From the NCBI GenBank assembly GCA_009914755.4, contig CP086569.2, positions 24,832,001-24,896,000 on the forward strand: a stretch of 64,000 bases of DNA. The letters are read 5' to 3'. Each line of letters starts with the position of its first letter. Within the stretch, counting starts at the first letter, position 1. The translations under genes were made by a program, and so were the position numbers. Source of the DNA: the human T2T-CHM13v2.0 reference genome, Homo sapiens. Positions 12,043 to 24,696 of the stretch are shown in pieces. The notes under the pieces are model-generated. The model was given only the letters and a program-made list of their open reading frames with translations. It searched no databases and was not told the DNA's origin.

Positions 12043-14158
12043 ATGCTTGTGTTTTCACAGAAGATGGATAAACTGTGTGGGTGCCCTCAATGTGTTTGCG
12101 ACCATGTAAAGGGAGAGTGGAAAGAGCCATGGTTCCCAACTATGGATCCGGCTCCTCCGTTACAAGCCATGAGTCAGTTGAAACTGCTGGAGCACCAGGG
12201 TCAGGCAAACAACCCTGACCTCACGTTTATGGCCATGCTACCTGTAACATCCTGGCCAGTAGGTTTTCCTTGTGCAGAGACAAAAACATATTGGGCATAT
12301 ATTTCCAATCCCCCAGTATTATGGAGTGTAATATGGAGTGACACTCCCCCTGATATCTATCATGATCATGGAGGATGGGCACCAGGACCCCAAACACCCC
12401 CTGACAAACAGTAATTAGACTCTCAGAACAATGATTATCAATTATGCTGTGCCATTGGAGGGACTTCCTTTATGCATCACCCAGGGTACATCACTCAACT
12501 GCAGTGGCCTTGCAAATTAATCCCAAGTACGGTTAAGTTACCATGGAAAAATTATGTACCTATTAGGCCTTAGCTTTATTAACATTACTGGTGTAGATAA
12601 TAACCACTCACAGCCCCATCCCCAAAATTCTATTAATTATACAGAATGGGCTCCCTTTGATAATTCCTACCCCCCTCATTGGACCCAGTGTCTTGGCACC
12701 CTAGCTAGAGAACAACAGTTCATGCTAATGGGAGACATTATTTTCTGGGTCCCTGTGGTCACTTAGATGGGAGAGATGAGACTCCGACCTCATGTCATAA
12801 ACTTCGCTGACACTGGTTAGCATCTCTTCACTACATTGCACTGGGATTCAATCCCAATCTGCAGCAAGTTTCGCTTGGCCTGGAACAGGCTTTAGCTCAA
12901 CTTTGCCTCAATGACATTATCAAGGAAAGAAACGTACAATTCAAGAGTCGATAGGGAAGGCAGCACTCCACTATATGAATGGCAGCATTTGTGTTCGAAC
13001 ACTATCTAATTATAGTAATTGTGCTGAATGCAGTTGCAATGTTACCTTTGTAGAAAATATTACCACTCAATTTACATTTTGTGTTTTTAAACTTATGTTT
13101 TTCTAGCAGCAAAATGGACTAACTCCAGTTAAACGATGCCCAATTGACTTGTGATTCTTGTCAACTGTATTATTCCCTTAACCATAGCACAGTACAAACA
13201 TATAGCATATCCACCCTAGTAATTTTAGGTTGCAATCCCAGATTATGGATTCCTGTAAATCTGCCTGAGCCTTGGGTGGCCACTTCTGGTTTCCATTTTG
13301 TAAATCTTTTTCTTACTCAGCTTACTCATTGTGCTTGTAGAGCCTTAGGCATGAAAATAATTGTGAAAGTCTCCTTAGGAACACTAATAATTTCTGTTGT
13401 GGCATCCTTAGTAGCAATGTAGAGCTCCATTCAGACAGCTCAATATGTAGAAAATTGGATGTGTACAGCCGACCGGGCATGGATGCTTAAAAATAAACTT
13501 AACACTGAGATACACACAGAAGCAACAATGTTAAAGACTACAGTTCTGAGGATAGGAAAAGAAGAACAAACTTGTAGTTGCAGCAGCAATTGCATTGTCA
13601 TTTTAAGCATACTCATATTTGTGTAACTAATTTGGAATAAAACCAAAGTGAATATCCATAGAAACCTGTAAAGGTCCATTTACATGGGGCTTTCACATAC
13701 AATGTTACTTTTGATATTAATGATTAACAAAGTAAAATTCTTTTTTTTTCTTTTTTTTATTATACATTAAGTTTTAGGGTACATGTGCAATTCTTAACTT
13801 GAATAAGCATACTCAAGTATTTCAGCCATCTCTGAAAACTTGCACAGAATTCCAGCAAGGTGTAGAGAGCCTTAACCCTTGGACCTCCTCCAAACATCAC
13901 CTCAATATCTTTTTTGTGATTATTGGAGTAATGTTATTATGTCTCTGTTTTATGCTCATTGTCAGTAAAAGCAGCTGGACCACCAAACAGCAATTGAGAG
14001 CTGCACAGCCTGCAATCACCTGTACTCAGTTAATGCAGAAACAAAATGGAGATGTTGGAGGCCAAAAGAATAAAGGTTGTGACCAACTCAGTAAAGACTG
14101 GAGGGTCTATGAGCAGAGAGCAAACTGTTCTCACGAAAGCAGCATTTTGATAACCTGA
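12043..14158 (+). pseudogene. HERV-K-like env (SU and TM), disrupted. The longest open piece is 12043-12414 (123 aa).
   Basis: Similarity to the HERV-K env SU N-terminus and to the TM membrane anchor (LNPWTSSKHHLNIFFVIIGVMLLCLCFML... compare [29 protein letters not shown]). Confidence 0.7.
13735..13800 (-). mobile_element. Small L1 3'-tail fragment (poly-T plus ...agggtacatgtgca...) embedded in the HERV-K env TM region.
   Basis: Matches the reverse complement of the L1 3' end (...tgcacatgtaccctaaaacttaaagtataat-An). Confidence 0.4.
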
Positions 14159-14491
14159 CACACCACGTCTGGTGCCAGAAGGAATACTGAGGGCAGTCAT
14201 GCCCCAAGCGCAGTATTTCTTGTGGTTATATATAGGAACATCTGAAGTCTGTAGTACAAAGAAAGCAATTATGTGAGCCTGTGATAAATCAAGCAGCTGA
14301 CCAACAATTGCCTTTCCTCCCTGTTGATTCTGCCTAATAAATATGAAGGCCTGTAGAAGCTCAGGGCCTTTGCTGACTAGAAGAAATGAGCCCCCTGACC
14401 CCTCTTTTAAAACAAATATTTTTTGTCTTTGTCTTCATTTCTGTATTCAACCCCCTTTGTTTCATCCCATAGTAACTGACTGCCACACTCT

Positions 14492-14706
14492 CTCTATTAA
14501 AAATACAAAAAAATAAATAAATAAAGTTATGCTTGTTGGCAGGCACATGCAATCCAAGCTACTCAGGAAACTGAGGCAGAAGAATCCCTTCAACCTAGTA
14601 GACAAAGGTTGCAGTGGGCTGAAATCACGGCTTTGCACCCAGACTGGGTGACAGTGTGTGACTCCATCTCAAAAAAGGCAAAAAAACAAAAAGAAGAAAA
14701 AAAAAT
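14492..14706 (+). mobile_element. Alu, 5'-truncated (right arm), inserted at or after the HERV-K 3' LTR remnant.
   Basis: ...ctattaaaaatacaaaaaaat...gcaggcacatgcaatccaagctactcaggaaactgaggcagaaga...ccatctcaaaaaa. Confidence 0.85.
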
Positions 14707-15239
14707 ATGTTCAGGTTAAGATAATCAAAAAAACAAGGTGCAGGCTGAGAAAAATTTAGGTAACACATCTGAGAAGTGACTTTCAGTTAAAATGTACAAA
14801 GAAATAAGATGACCAAATTAATGATAGAGACCTCAGTAGATACTGCACCAAAAAAGATACGAAGATGGAAAATCTGGCACACAAAATACTGCTTGCTGAG
14901 CCCCTGTTATTTCTTCTGAAGGCTGAGGCTCCAAGCCATTTCCTGAGGAGCAACAGTGGCTGCCACAGTGACAGTGGCTCCAAAGATCATCCCCACCTAC
15001 CCCAGCTCTACCCTTCCTCCAGGTTCCAAGGATTCCCCAGACATTGAGCGTGCTCACCGGGAAAGAGCCAGAAGCTGGATATTTTATTTCTCAACTTTTC
15101 TTAAAATTCTGGATACCAACAAGTATCCTTTGTTTGGAAATTTTACTTTTATCCTAACAATCTTGAGGCACTGACAAGTATTAGGAAAGATGGCTTTCAA
15201 CCTACGGTTGTCTTCATAAAGAAATAAAAGAATTGGCAT

Positions 15240-15548
15240 GGCCAGACATGGTGGTTCATACCTGTAATCCCAGCACTTTGAGAGGTAGAGCCAGGTGGAT
15301 GTCCTTAAGTCAGGTGTTAGAGATCACCCTGATCAACATGATGAACAAGCTCTCTACCAAAAATACAAAAGTTAGCCGGCAGTGGTGGCTGAGTCCTGTA
15401 ATCCCAGATCCTCAGGAAGCTAAGAGAGGAGAATTGCATGAATCCGGGAAGCTGAGGTTACCAGAGGCGAGATCACGTCATTGCACTCCAGCTATGGGAA
15501 CAGAGGAAGACTCCATCTTGAAAAAAAAAAAAAGGAAAAGAAAAAAAA
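15240..15548 (+). mobile_element. Alu, full length and old (diverged).
   Basis: ggccagacatggtggttcatacctgtaatcccagcactttgag... ending in a poly-A tail. Confidence 0.9.
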
Positions 15549-16479
15549 TGATTCCATTACCCTTTTAGGCAGTTATTTTAGAATGCTTGGTACAATGCAC
15601 TACTATTTTGGTATTCTCAAGACAGAAAACACAGTAACAGTAGTAAGTAAAAACCAAATAGCAAGTCATTAAAAATTCATGGGATTAATTTCCTCTGTCA
15701 TTCTTTCTGGCTTTTATTATTTAAAATGTGTAATGTTGAAGTAATCAGACGTTTTACCTGTGATATCCAAACGCAAAAAGAAACAACAGTTAGTAAAACA
15801 CTATTAAATGAATCTCAGTCTTCAACTTTGATTCTGATGCAGTGGAATGTTTTGTGAAAGATAAAAAACTAACAGACAAAACACAAGTGATTTCAAATTT
15901 TGACCTACTTTTGTAGGGGCAGATTTAAGAACCAAAACCTTCATAGTTCTAATTTTTTTTATTTTTGTCAATGATTCAGCATTGCAAGATATGTAGTGAA
16001 ACTGAGATCAGAGCTTTTTGTCAATTCCAACAGAGACTAGTTTGTACTCTAGACGTTCCTCTTGCTCCCTTGAAATCCGTAAAGAAATCACTTGAGTGAA
16101 TGGGACTTTTACACAATGAAAAATCACGACAATACACCACATTCTCTTATTAGCTACAGTTCACTCTTTTCTTGTAGTCACCATAAGATAAGAAAAAATA
16201 GCAAGATAAACGACTACGTGGACTAGAATAATTTTATTAGTTTTTACCAGGTAAAGCATAGAGTACTTTTTTTAAAAATTGGTTTTCTGTGGCACAACGC
16301 ATGTATGCTTTTTGGCAGCAATCATAGATTAATGAACAAATGATAACAAAACAATGCTCAACAACACCTTCCATTCAGGGAAGGCAAATTAAAATAAAAG
16401 TGAGAGCACTAAACAGCTATACTATATCTAAATTTCTTTTTAAATGTAATCAAAACTGCAACAGGAAATCTCATTCATT

Positions 16480-17270
16480 GCCGATGGAATGCATAATGGT
16501 ACAGCAACTTTAAAATATGGTTGTCTTCTTCTGCCACAGTTTGGCAGGTTTTTCCAAAGGCAATCATGGTCTCATCATATAGGCTAACAATTGCACACTT
16601 AGGTATTTAGACAACTGATTTGGAAAGTCACATCTAACCCAAAATCACGTGCATTTATGTATAACTGCTCTCTTGACAATGGCAAAATACTTGAAGGAAT
16701 CAGGATGCCTTTCAATATTAACCAAGCCAGGCAAATTCATAAAATGAAATCCTATTCATCAAAAGAAAAAGAGTGATTTATGAAGTCACACAAAGCCATG
16801 GATGAATCAGGCACACATGAAGCTAAGTGATAAAAGCCAGTCTGAGGAGATGACATATTGTATGATTTTGTTTCTATTACATTACAGAGAAGAAATGTTT
16901 ACAGAGATGGTAAGCAGACAAGGTAATTTACAGTTGTTTTTAGTGGGCAGGTAGTGAGTTGAAAAGGAGAATGTAGTAATGGAAAGGAGCACAAATGAGC
17001 CAGATGAGAAGGGACTCACTCTGTTTGATGAGATCATGCTGGGGATGTGGAAGAGTCAGGAGTGTGTATACCAGCATGAATAAATAAATAGGCTTCTACT
17101 CATGATAGGAGAAGAGCATCTTCTTTCATGACACATGCAACTATTTTAGGATGATATCTGAGGAAGCTTTAGTGATAATTGGAAAAACATATGTAAACAA
17201 ATGTACCATTTCAAATATTTTTGAGTGTATAATTTGGAAGCATTAACTATTTAACTATGCTCAAATTGTG
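16480..17270 (+). mobile_element. L1M-type (old L1) 3'-end fragment.
   Basis: Matches the L1M 3'UTR consensus: ggaatgca(a/t)aatggtacagc...catattgtatgatt... Confidence 0.7.
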
Positions 17271-17350
17271 CAACCATTGCCACCATTTCACCATCTCACC
17301 AGCAATGTACAAGGTTTCCAATTTCTCCACATACTCTCAAAGTTTTCCTT
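17270..17350 (-). mobile_element. Short L1M 3'-end fragment in antisense orientation.
   Basis: ccaccagcaatgtacaaggtttccaatttctccaca is the reverse complement of the L1M 3'UTR. Confidence 0.5.
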
Positions 17351-17529
17351 AAAAAATAAAATAAAAAATTCCAATGGAGATAAAGTGGTAATCTTATTCT
17401 CATTTAGATATTCATGTATTAAGTGGCTAGTGATTTTGAACATCTTTTCATGTGCTTATTGGCTGTGGATCTGTAAATGATTTCTTGGCTATATCACTGA
17501 ATGAACACAAAACATAAGAAAATATAGAT

Positions 17530-17640
17530 CAACTGAACTTCATCAAAGCTAAACACTTTTGTGCATTAAAGGACACTGTCAGCATAGTGGAAAGAGAACC
17601 AACAGCATAGGACAAAATATTTGCAGGTCATATATATGGT
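17530..17640 (+). mobile_element. Old L1 ORF2 C-terminal fragment.
   Basis: Encodes ...KLNTFVH*RTLSA*WKENQQHRTKYLQ..., comparable to L1 ORF2 ...IKNFCASKDTIKKVKRQPTEWEKIFANH... Confidence 0.5.
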
Positions 17641-18289
17641 ATGTGTTCAAATCAACCACTTGGATCTCTCCCAAGGGCACTCTCCATTTTCTTACTCTAA
17701 AACTTTTTAAATAAACATCCATGTCTGCTGGGAAACTTTTCTCAGTCTCCTTTGCTACTTTATTCCCCTCAGTCAAATTCTTTCTTCTGAGGAAGTAAGA
17801 GTTTAAGTTACTGCAGACCATGATAGATTTGACACCAGTAACTCAGATAACTTCCACTGGTAACAGGTCGAGGAGCTGCTGGACAGGGTGGCGGGAGTTC
17901 ATGTCTAGTATGTGGCTGGCCAGGCCCCGGGAAGTTCTGGGCTGTGGATGGACCAGAACCCCATGCTACAAGCACTCTGTGGAAAGAGAGCTCACATTGC
18001 TGAGAGAATGCTGAGGAAGAAATTTTCTCTTTTTAGTGAGGCCAATTTCCTTCTCATAATATAAAATTAACTGTTTGTTAATGAATTCCTTAGTGATCTT
18101 TAGTACATGCATATTTGTGGGCAACAACCGCATCTTAGTTCCAAATTATTTTCATCATTCCAAAAGGAAATACCCTACTTATTAAGAAGCTCCTACCCAA
18201 TCTGTCCTCTTTCTGACACCAGCAACAAGTGATCTGCACTTTTTTCTCTATGGATTTACTTATTCTAAATATTTACATAAATAAAATCA

Positions 18290-18760
18290 TACACTATGTG
18301 ACTTTTGTCTTCACCTTCTTGAGCCAAAATTGCTTTGAAGTTTCCTCACATTGTAGCATTAGAGTTGTCATCCTCTTCACAGCTGAATATTATGCCATTC
18401 TATGGGCATACTACATTTTGCTTCTTACATTTTGCTGGTGGACATTTATTTGTTGTGTTTCCAGATTTTAGTTATTGTGAATGCTGCTATGAACATATGT
18501 ATACAAGTTTTTCTTTGAATACCTCTTTTACATTTTTTGTATATACAGCTTGGAGTGGATGTTGTGGGTCCTATGGTAATTTTATATTTAGCTTTTGCAG
18601 AACACCAAACTATTTTCCACAGCAGCTGCAGCATTTTACTTTCACATTTTCCCACTTCCCTTCCTTTGGGCCTTCCAGAGACTACCTCAAAACACCTGCC
18701 ATTCTCAAACACAAGCTACTGTGGATTTGGTTAGCTCTGGGTTGACATTTAGAAAAGCTG
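18290..18760 (-). mobile_element. L1M 3'-end fragment, antisense, directly upstream of the telomere-like array.
   Basis: ccattctatgggcatactacattttgcttcttacattttgctggtggacatttatttgttgtgtttccagattttagttattgtgaatgctgctatgaacat is the reverse complement of the L1M 3' end consensus. Confidence 0.75.
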
Positions 18761-18904
18761 TGGCCTCAGAAGCCAACTTCCTTTGGCTCCTAACCTATGA
18801 GGCTGCACAATGAGCATTAAGATGGCCCGGAGCTTAGACCCAGAAAAGTTCTGGGAGAAAGGCTCAGTCCTCCCTTCTACAAAAAAGAGTGATGACTTAA
18901 TACA

Positions 18905-21900
18905 CTAGCCAGCTGCCCAGTGCCTTCTGTAACCCTAAACTTAATCATAACGTTAACCTTAACTCAGCCTCTACCCCGATCCTAAGCAGGAATCCCTAAC
19001 ACTAACAGCAACTCTAAGCCACAGACTTGACCCCAACATCAACCCTATGCCTAGCCACTCACCAAAACCTAAACCCTAAAACAAATCCCAACTCTAAATC
19101 CTAAATCTAACAGCTAAACCTGAATTTGACCCTGACCCTGAAAATAACCCTAATCCAAGTGTAATGCAAACATTACAGAAACCTGAACTTAAGCTCTAAG
19201 CCTAAAACCTTAACCCTGAAACACTAACCGTAAGACAAAAACACTAACAGTAAGCAAAAAAACCATCTCTAACCCTCAAAAGCTAATGTTAAGCCTAACA
19301 CTAACAACAACCCCTAAATCTAACCCTAAATTCTAACTTCTAAACCTGCTTTTTGAGCATGATCATAACATTCACAATAAGTCTAATACTAACCCCTGAC
19401 CCGAATGCTAAAACTCTTATTACTACCTTAACCCTACACCTACATGACAGTGAAACCTAGCTGTTACATAAAACCTAAACCCTAATCCTAACATTAATCT
19501 TTAGGTCAACCCTAACCCTATACCTAATCCTAACCCCTGACCCTAAGCCTGACTACTAACATTAACTCTAACCCTAATGTGTTACTGCAATCTGTATCCT
19601 AATGCTCATCCTAACACTAATTCTAACCAATAATTGTAACCTCAACTGTAATCATATTAATAAACATAACCTGAACCCCTTAATCTAAATTTAAACACTC
19701 ACCATAACTATAACCCTAAAGCTTAATCTACTCTTACCCTAACCCTAAAAATAACATTAAACAATAATTCTAATCTGAATCCTAATTCTAACACGGTGTC
19801 CTATCTGTAACACCAACAGACCCACAACCACTAAACTCCAACCCTAATACTAACCCCTAACACTAATTCTATATCCTAAAGCTAACTCTAACCCTGAATT
19901 TTAACCTGTAACGCTGTAACCTAAACGCTGTATGCTAAACACTAAACGCATACCCTGTAACACTAAACATAAAAGTTACTCTATCTGATAACCTAAATGT
20001 AATTCTTCCCCTAAATACTAACCCTAACACTTAGTCCAAAATCTAACCTTGAAAACATAACCCAAAGCAAACCCCTTATTTTTAAATGTAATCCTAATGT
20101 TAACAATAAAACACTGAAAAACTACACCTAACCACAAACTCAACACATAACCCTAACAATAACACTAATCCTAACTGTAAAAGCATGAAACCTGAACTTT
20201 AACATTAAAACCAACCTAACTCTAAACCCATTAATAAAAATAAGCCTAAATCATTACTCTAAACCTAAAGCCTAAAACCTAACTATAATCTTAATCCTAA
20301 ACCATAAACTCTAACTGTAACCTGTAACTGTATCCATAAACCAAAACCCTAACCCTAAATGCTAAACTAAACCTTAGTCCCTAACTGTAACCCTAACTAA
20401 AATGCTAATACCCAACACTAATCCTAAACCCTAACACTAACTGAAAACTCTATTCCTAATCCCTACCCCAAATCCTAACCGGAACTTCAACACTAACACC
20501 AACCCCAAATGTACGCCCTAACAGTAAGCCTAACACTAAGCCTAACCTTACCACAAATCCTAACCCTTTTACCCTCAACTTAACCCTACCCCTACATGAA
20601 CACCAACCCCAAACATAAACATAAACCCTACTTTACACTAAACAGAGAATCCTAAGCCCAAATCCTAAACCTAATTATAACACTAACCCTAAACAATGCC
20701 CTAACCTTTAGCAAAACCCTAAACCCTAACTCTAACACTAACACCTCATCAAAAGCCCTACTCTAAGCCTAACACTAACCCTCAGCCTAATCTTTAGCCA
20801 AACGCTTTGACCATCATCCTAACCCTAACTCAACCACAACCAGGCACCCAATGTTAAACCACAAACTAACACTAAACCCTAATCCTAAATTTTAACAATA
20901 AACCAAACATTTTAATTATAACTCTAACACTAAGCATAACACTTGCCCTAATTTTAACCCTCATCCTGAATCCTAAACCTAACCCTCACCCAAACTCTAA
21001 TCGGAACCCTTACACTACCACATAAAGCTAACCCTAATTCTAACTATAAATCCCCAAATCCCAAAAACACTGAAGGTAGCTTTAACTGCATCCCATAACT
21101 CTAAAACTCACACTAACACTAACCCTAATACCTTTATCCTAAGAGTAAAACTAACATAATTCTAACATAATCTTAACCTTAGCACCAAACCTAAAAATAA
21201 CTCTTATCCTAAACACTGAACCTAATCATAACCTGAACCCTAAATGAGAAAACCTAACCCTTAACACTAACCCTAGTCCTAAAGCAAAATCTGTAACCCT
21301 AATTAAAACTAAACCCTTAACCTAAACCTAATCTTAGCCCCTAACTCTACAAAAACCTTAATACTAACACTAACAATAAATGCTAACCCCTAACCTTAAC
21401 ACTAAACAAAACCCTAACACTAAACCCTAACCCTAACCCTAAACTCTAAACTGAACCCTAACTGTTACCCTAATTGTGACCACTAACCTCAACCTCAACA
21501 CAAACTCAGCCTTAACAGTCATGCTAAACTTAAATCAAAAACCCCAACCATATGCCCAACACTATCACTAACATCTAACCATAAATGTTGATCACTATCA
21601 TTAACAATATCCCTAAACCCTAACCCAGAACCCTGAACTCTAACCCTACATGTAACCCTAAGCCCTATCCTAATGCTAAACACTAACCCAAATACTGAAA
21701 TACTCTAACACTTACCCTCACACTAAACCTCAATACTAACACTAACCCCGGCCAGGACCCTGATTCCTAACCTCTAACTGGAAGCCTGTCTTTTTACCCT
21801 AAACCTAAGCATAACCCAACCCCAAACCTAACCTCTAACCCTGATTCTGACCCCTAGCCCTAAACTCAACCCTAACCCATAAACCTAATCTTAACCCTAA

Positions 21901-21990
21901 CTGGAACCCTAATCCTACCACAACACTAAATCTTATTTCAAGCCCAGCCCTAACCCTCAATCTAATCCTGAACTTTTTCTGCAATTGTAA
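18905..21990 (+). repeat. Highly degenerate telomere-like hexamer array (CCCTAA)n, about 3.1 kb, C-rich strand on + throughout (interstitial telomeric sequence).
   Basis: Continuous run of ccctaa, cctaac, actaac and cctgaa variants (for example ...ctaaccctaaccctaaccctaaactctaaactgaaccctaac... at about 21420). It never switches to TTAGGG on the + strand and has no interspersed unique spacers. Confidence 0.85.
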
Positions 21991-22691
21991 ACCCTATCCC
22001 AATCCTCCGTTTCTATTCTATCCTTAAGGTTACACCATTATGCTTAAAAAACTTTAAATACATCCTGTATGACTCTAACCTCTAGCCCCTTATACCCATA
22101 AGAGTACAAGAAGTCATATCTCTTTTTAAGCCCAAATTAGTGTTGAATTAAACAAATGGTATCACTGGGACAAAAAACTAAATGTTACTATATCTGCTAA
22201 CTATAGACATTATAATCTTTAACCAAATAAGTGAAGACATTATAAACCACGATGTTTAAGATCTTTTCTCAGAAAATCAAGTTTTGTTTTTTTTTTACCA
22301 TTCTAACGTCATCCCTTTTCAACATATTATGTAAATCAAATGTTGAAATACACCACGTTTGTCTCAACTTTTATAAAAAGTACTTAAAGACAGTCAACAC
22401 ATTTAATAATTAAAAATCCAATAAACTGTATTTCAATTTTTTCCCATGATAAAACATCTTTATGCAAAACCGATAATAATCATCATCTAAATTGTTGGGA
22501 ATGAAAGCTTTAAGATGAGGAACACAGCATTGATGCTCAACTGTATTAAACCCTGTACTAGAAGTTCCAGAAGAACAATTACATATATATATGCAAACAC
22601 ACACAAAGCTATTCATATGTGGAAGAGAAAAGTAAAACTATTCACAGATCTCATACACAGAAAACCATAAGGAACCATCTAGAAATTATGA

Positions 22692-23080
<389 letters not shown>

Positions 23081-24220
23081 ACAAAATCTATTTCTATTCA
23101 CTAGTAATAAACCCTATAAAAATGAAATTAAGATGACAACTTTATTTCTAAAAAAAAAAGAAGAAGCAGCTGGAATATTTCCCACTGCCCTGAAAGACAC
23201 AGATATCAGGCAGCCGAGGTCTGGGACAGCCTTTGAGTTGAGGCTGTGCTACTATATTGGGACCTGGCTGGAATCACTGTGGGGCTAACCAGAAACTGTT
23301 CAAGTTCCTGAGAAATCAACGTCGAATTCCTTTAAAATATAATGGATGAAGAAAAGAAAATCTCTAGCGGTTTTGAAAACCCTAATGCCATGATGTCAAA
23401 TAATGTCTTTTGAGTCATAAATTTTTAGAAAAAATCCTGCACAAACATCAGCAATAATGAAACAGTAGTTGAGTGGCCCAGGCCATTTTGCTGAGAAGAA
23501 AACCATTGAGGTCAATTTGAGAGACATCCCTTCATGAGCACTGTCAAGAGCATGCACATATTTTACCTACACATTTTACTATACCTACAGCTCCACAGGG
23601 ATTTTTAAATTCTGATTTCACATAAAACTGCACTAGAATTTCTGACGGCTGTAAACTTTCTAGATTGTATGTAAATACAATTGATTGTGTATCAATACAA
23701 TAGATTGATATAATAAAATAAATTATAATCACCTGGTAACTCTTTTCAGTGTTTAAGACTTGTAGTTGAGTTTGTATTTTTTCACAGACAGTACATTCCC
23801 TGTATGCAATGTAACTATAAAATTAATTGCTATGAAGGTTGTCTTCAGTTTTTCATAACAGAGTTGAAATTTGTTTGCAATGTCAACAAATTAAGGACAT
23901 TTTCATAACTGAGAAATAAACAAATATGGCAATTCATAGGTGGTTTTGCTTTATCCTATGGATATGACTTTTAAAATGAACAATGATGATCTAGAAAATG
24001 CTGGAAACTAGAACTAATAAACATGTTTTTCAGTTAAACAATTGGGCTAAGTGTTTTTATGTGTTTAGTTATTTGTTAATAAAATTCTTCAGTTTGTAGC
24101 TGCCCATAGCATTGCTGGAGTTATTCAAATAATTGCATTATAGGTATGCTCATAACTTAGCCAAAACATTGATTTATTTTTACTGACCCTGACACAATAA
24201 ATGTTGTATTGATGCCTGTA

Positions 24221-24478
24221 ATCTCAGCACTTTGAGAAGTCAAGGCAGGCACATCTCTTGAGCCCAGAGGTTTCAGAAGAGCCCAGGCAACATGGCAAAC
24301 CATTGTCTCCAAGAAAATAAAAAAGAAAGAAAAAGAAAAATAATTAGCCAGGTATTGCAGTGGAAGCTAAGGCAGACAGATTCAAAGGAGCCCGGGAGTG
24401 AGAAGCTGCAGGCTGCAATGAGCCATGATGGCTCATTGTAGTCCACACTTGACAAAAAGTGAGACCCTGTCTGAAAGA
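24221..24478 (+). mobile_element. Alu, slightly 5'-truncated.
   Basis: gatgcctgtaatctcagcactttgagaagtcaaggcagg...gagaccctgtctgaaaga. Confidence 0.9.
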
Positions 24479-24480
24479 CA

Positions 24481-24568
<88 letters not shown>

Positions 24569-24696
24569 AGGAAAGGAAGGAAGGAAGGAAGGAAGGAAGG
24601 AAGGAAGGAAGGAAGGAAGGAAGGAAGGAAGGAAGGGAGAGAGAGAGAAAGAAAGAGAGAAAGAAAGAAAGAAAAAAGAAAGGAAGAAAAAGAGAG
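24479..24696. repeat. (AAAG)n expanding into (AAGG)n, derived from the Alu tail.
   Basis: Direct reading. Source of the KERK and FLSF ORF artefacts at 24344-24799. Confidence 0.97.

Larger units (their letters stand above)
8523..14490 (+). mobile_element. HERV-K-like (class II, betaretrovirus-like) provirus remnant: protease C-terminus, pol (RT, RNase H, IN), env (SU, TM) and a partial 3' LTR. It is 5'-truncated: no gag or 5' LTR is recognisable.
   Basis: Pro C-terminus NVWFPTFSPCNVSMTIIRLYVPS (compare HML-2 NLWGRDLL...ITMPAPLYSP). RT: LRAINAQ...IVVDLKDYF...IHYMDEILFA (YMDD box at about 10064) and ...FQQLLGDINWL. IN: LKTDNGHAYVS...GIPYNPQG at about 11650-11765. Env SU: TKTYWAYISNPPVLWSVIW...GWAPGPQTPP (compare HML-2 NYTYWAYVPFPPLIRAVTW...VWVPGPIDD). 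A TM anchor and cytoplasmic tail run to the stop at 14158. Many frameshifts, so it is ancient. The HML subgroup is not determinable from sequence alone. Confidence 0.75.

Noticed and set aside
12043-12414. The 123-aa ORF as a cellular or novel protein.
   Set aside because: It matches the HERV-K env SU N-terminus (…TYWAYI.NPP…W…PGP…) and lies within a disrupted provirus.
18905-21990. Could the 3 kb periodic array be a CRISPR array or a classical satellite?
   Set aside because: The units are 5-6 bp, contiguous and have no unique spacers. The composition is that of a degenerate telomeric hexamer, and the context is eukaryotic.
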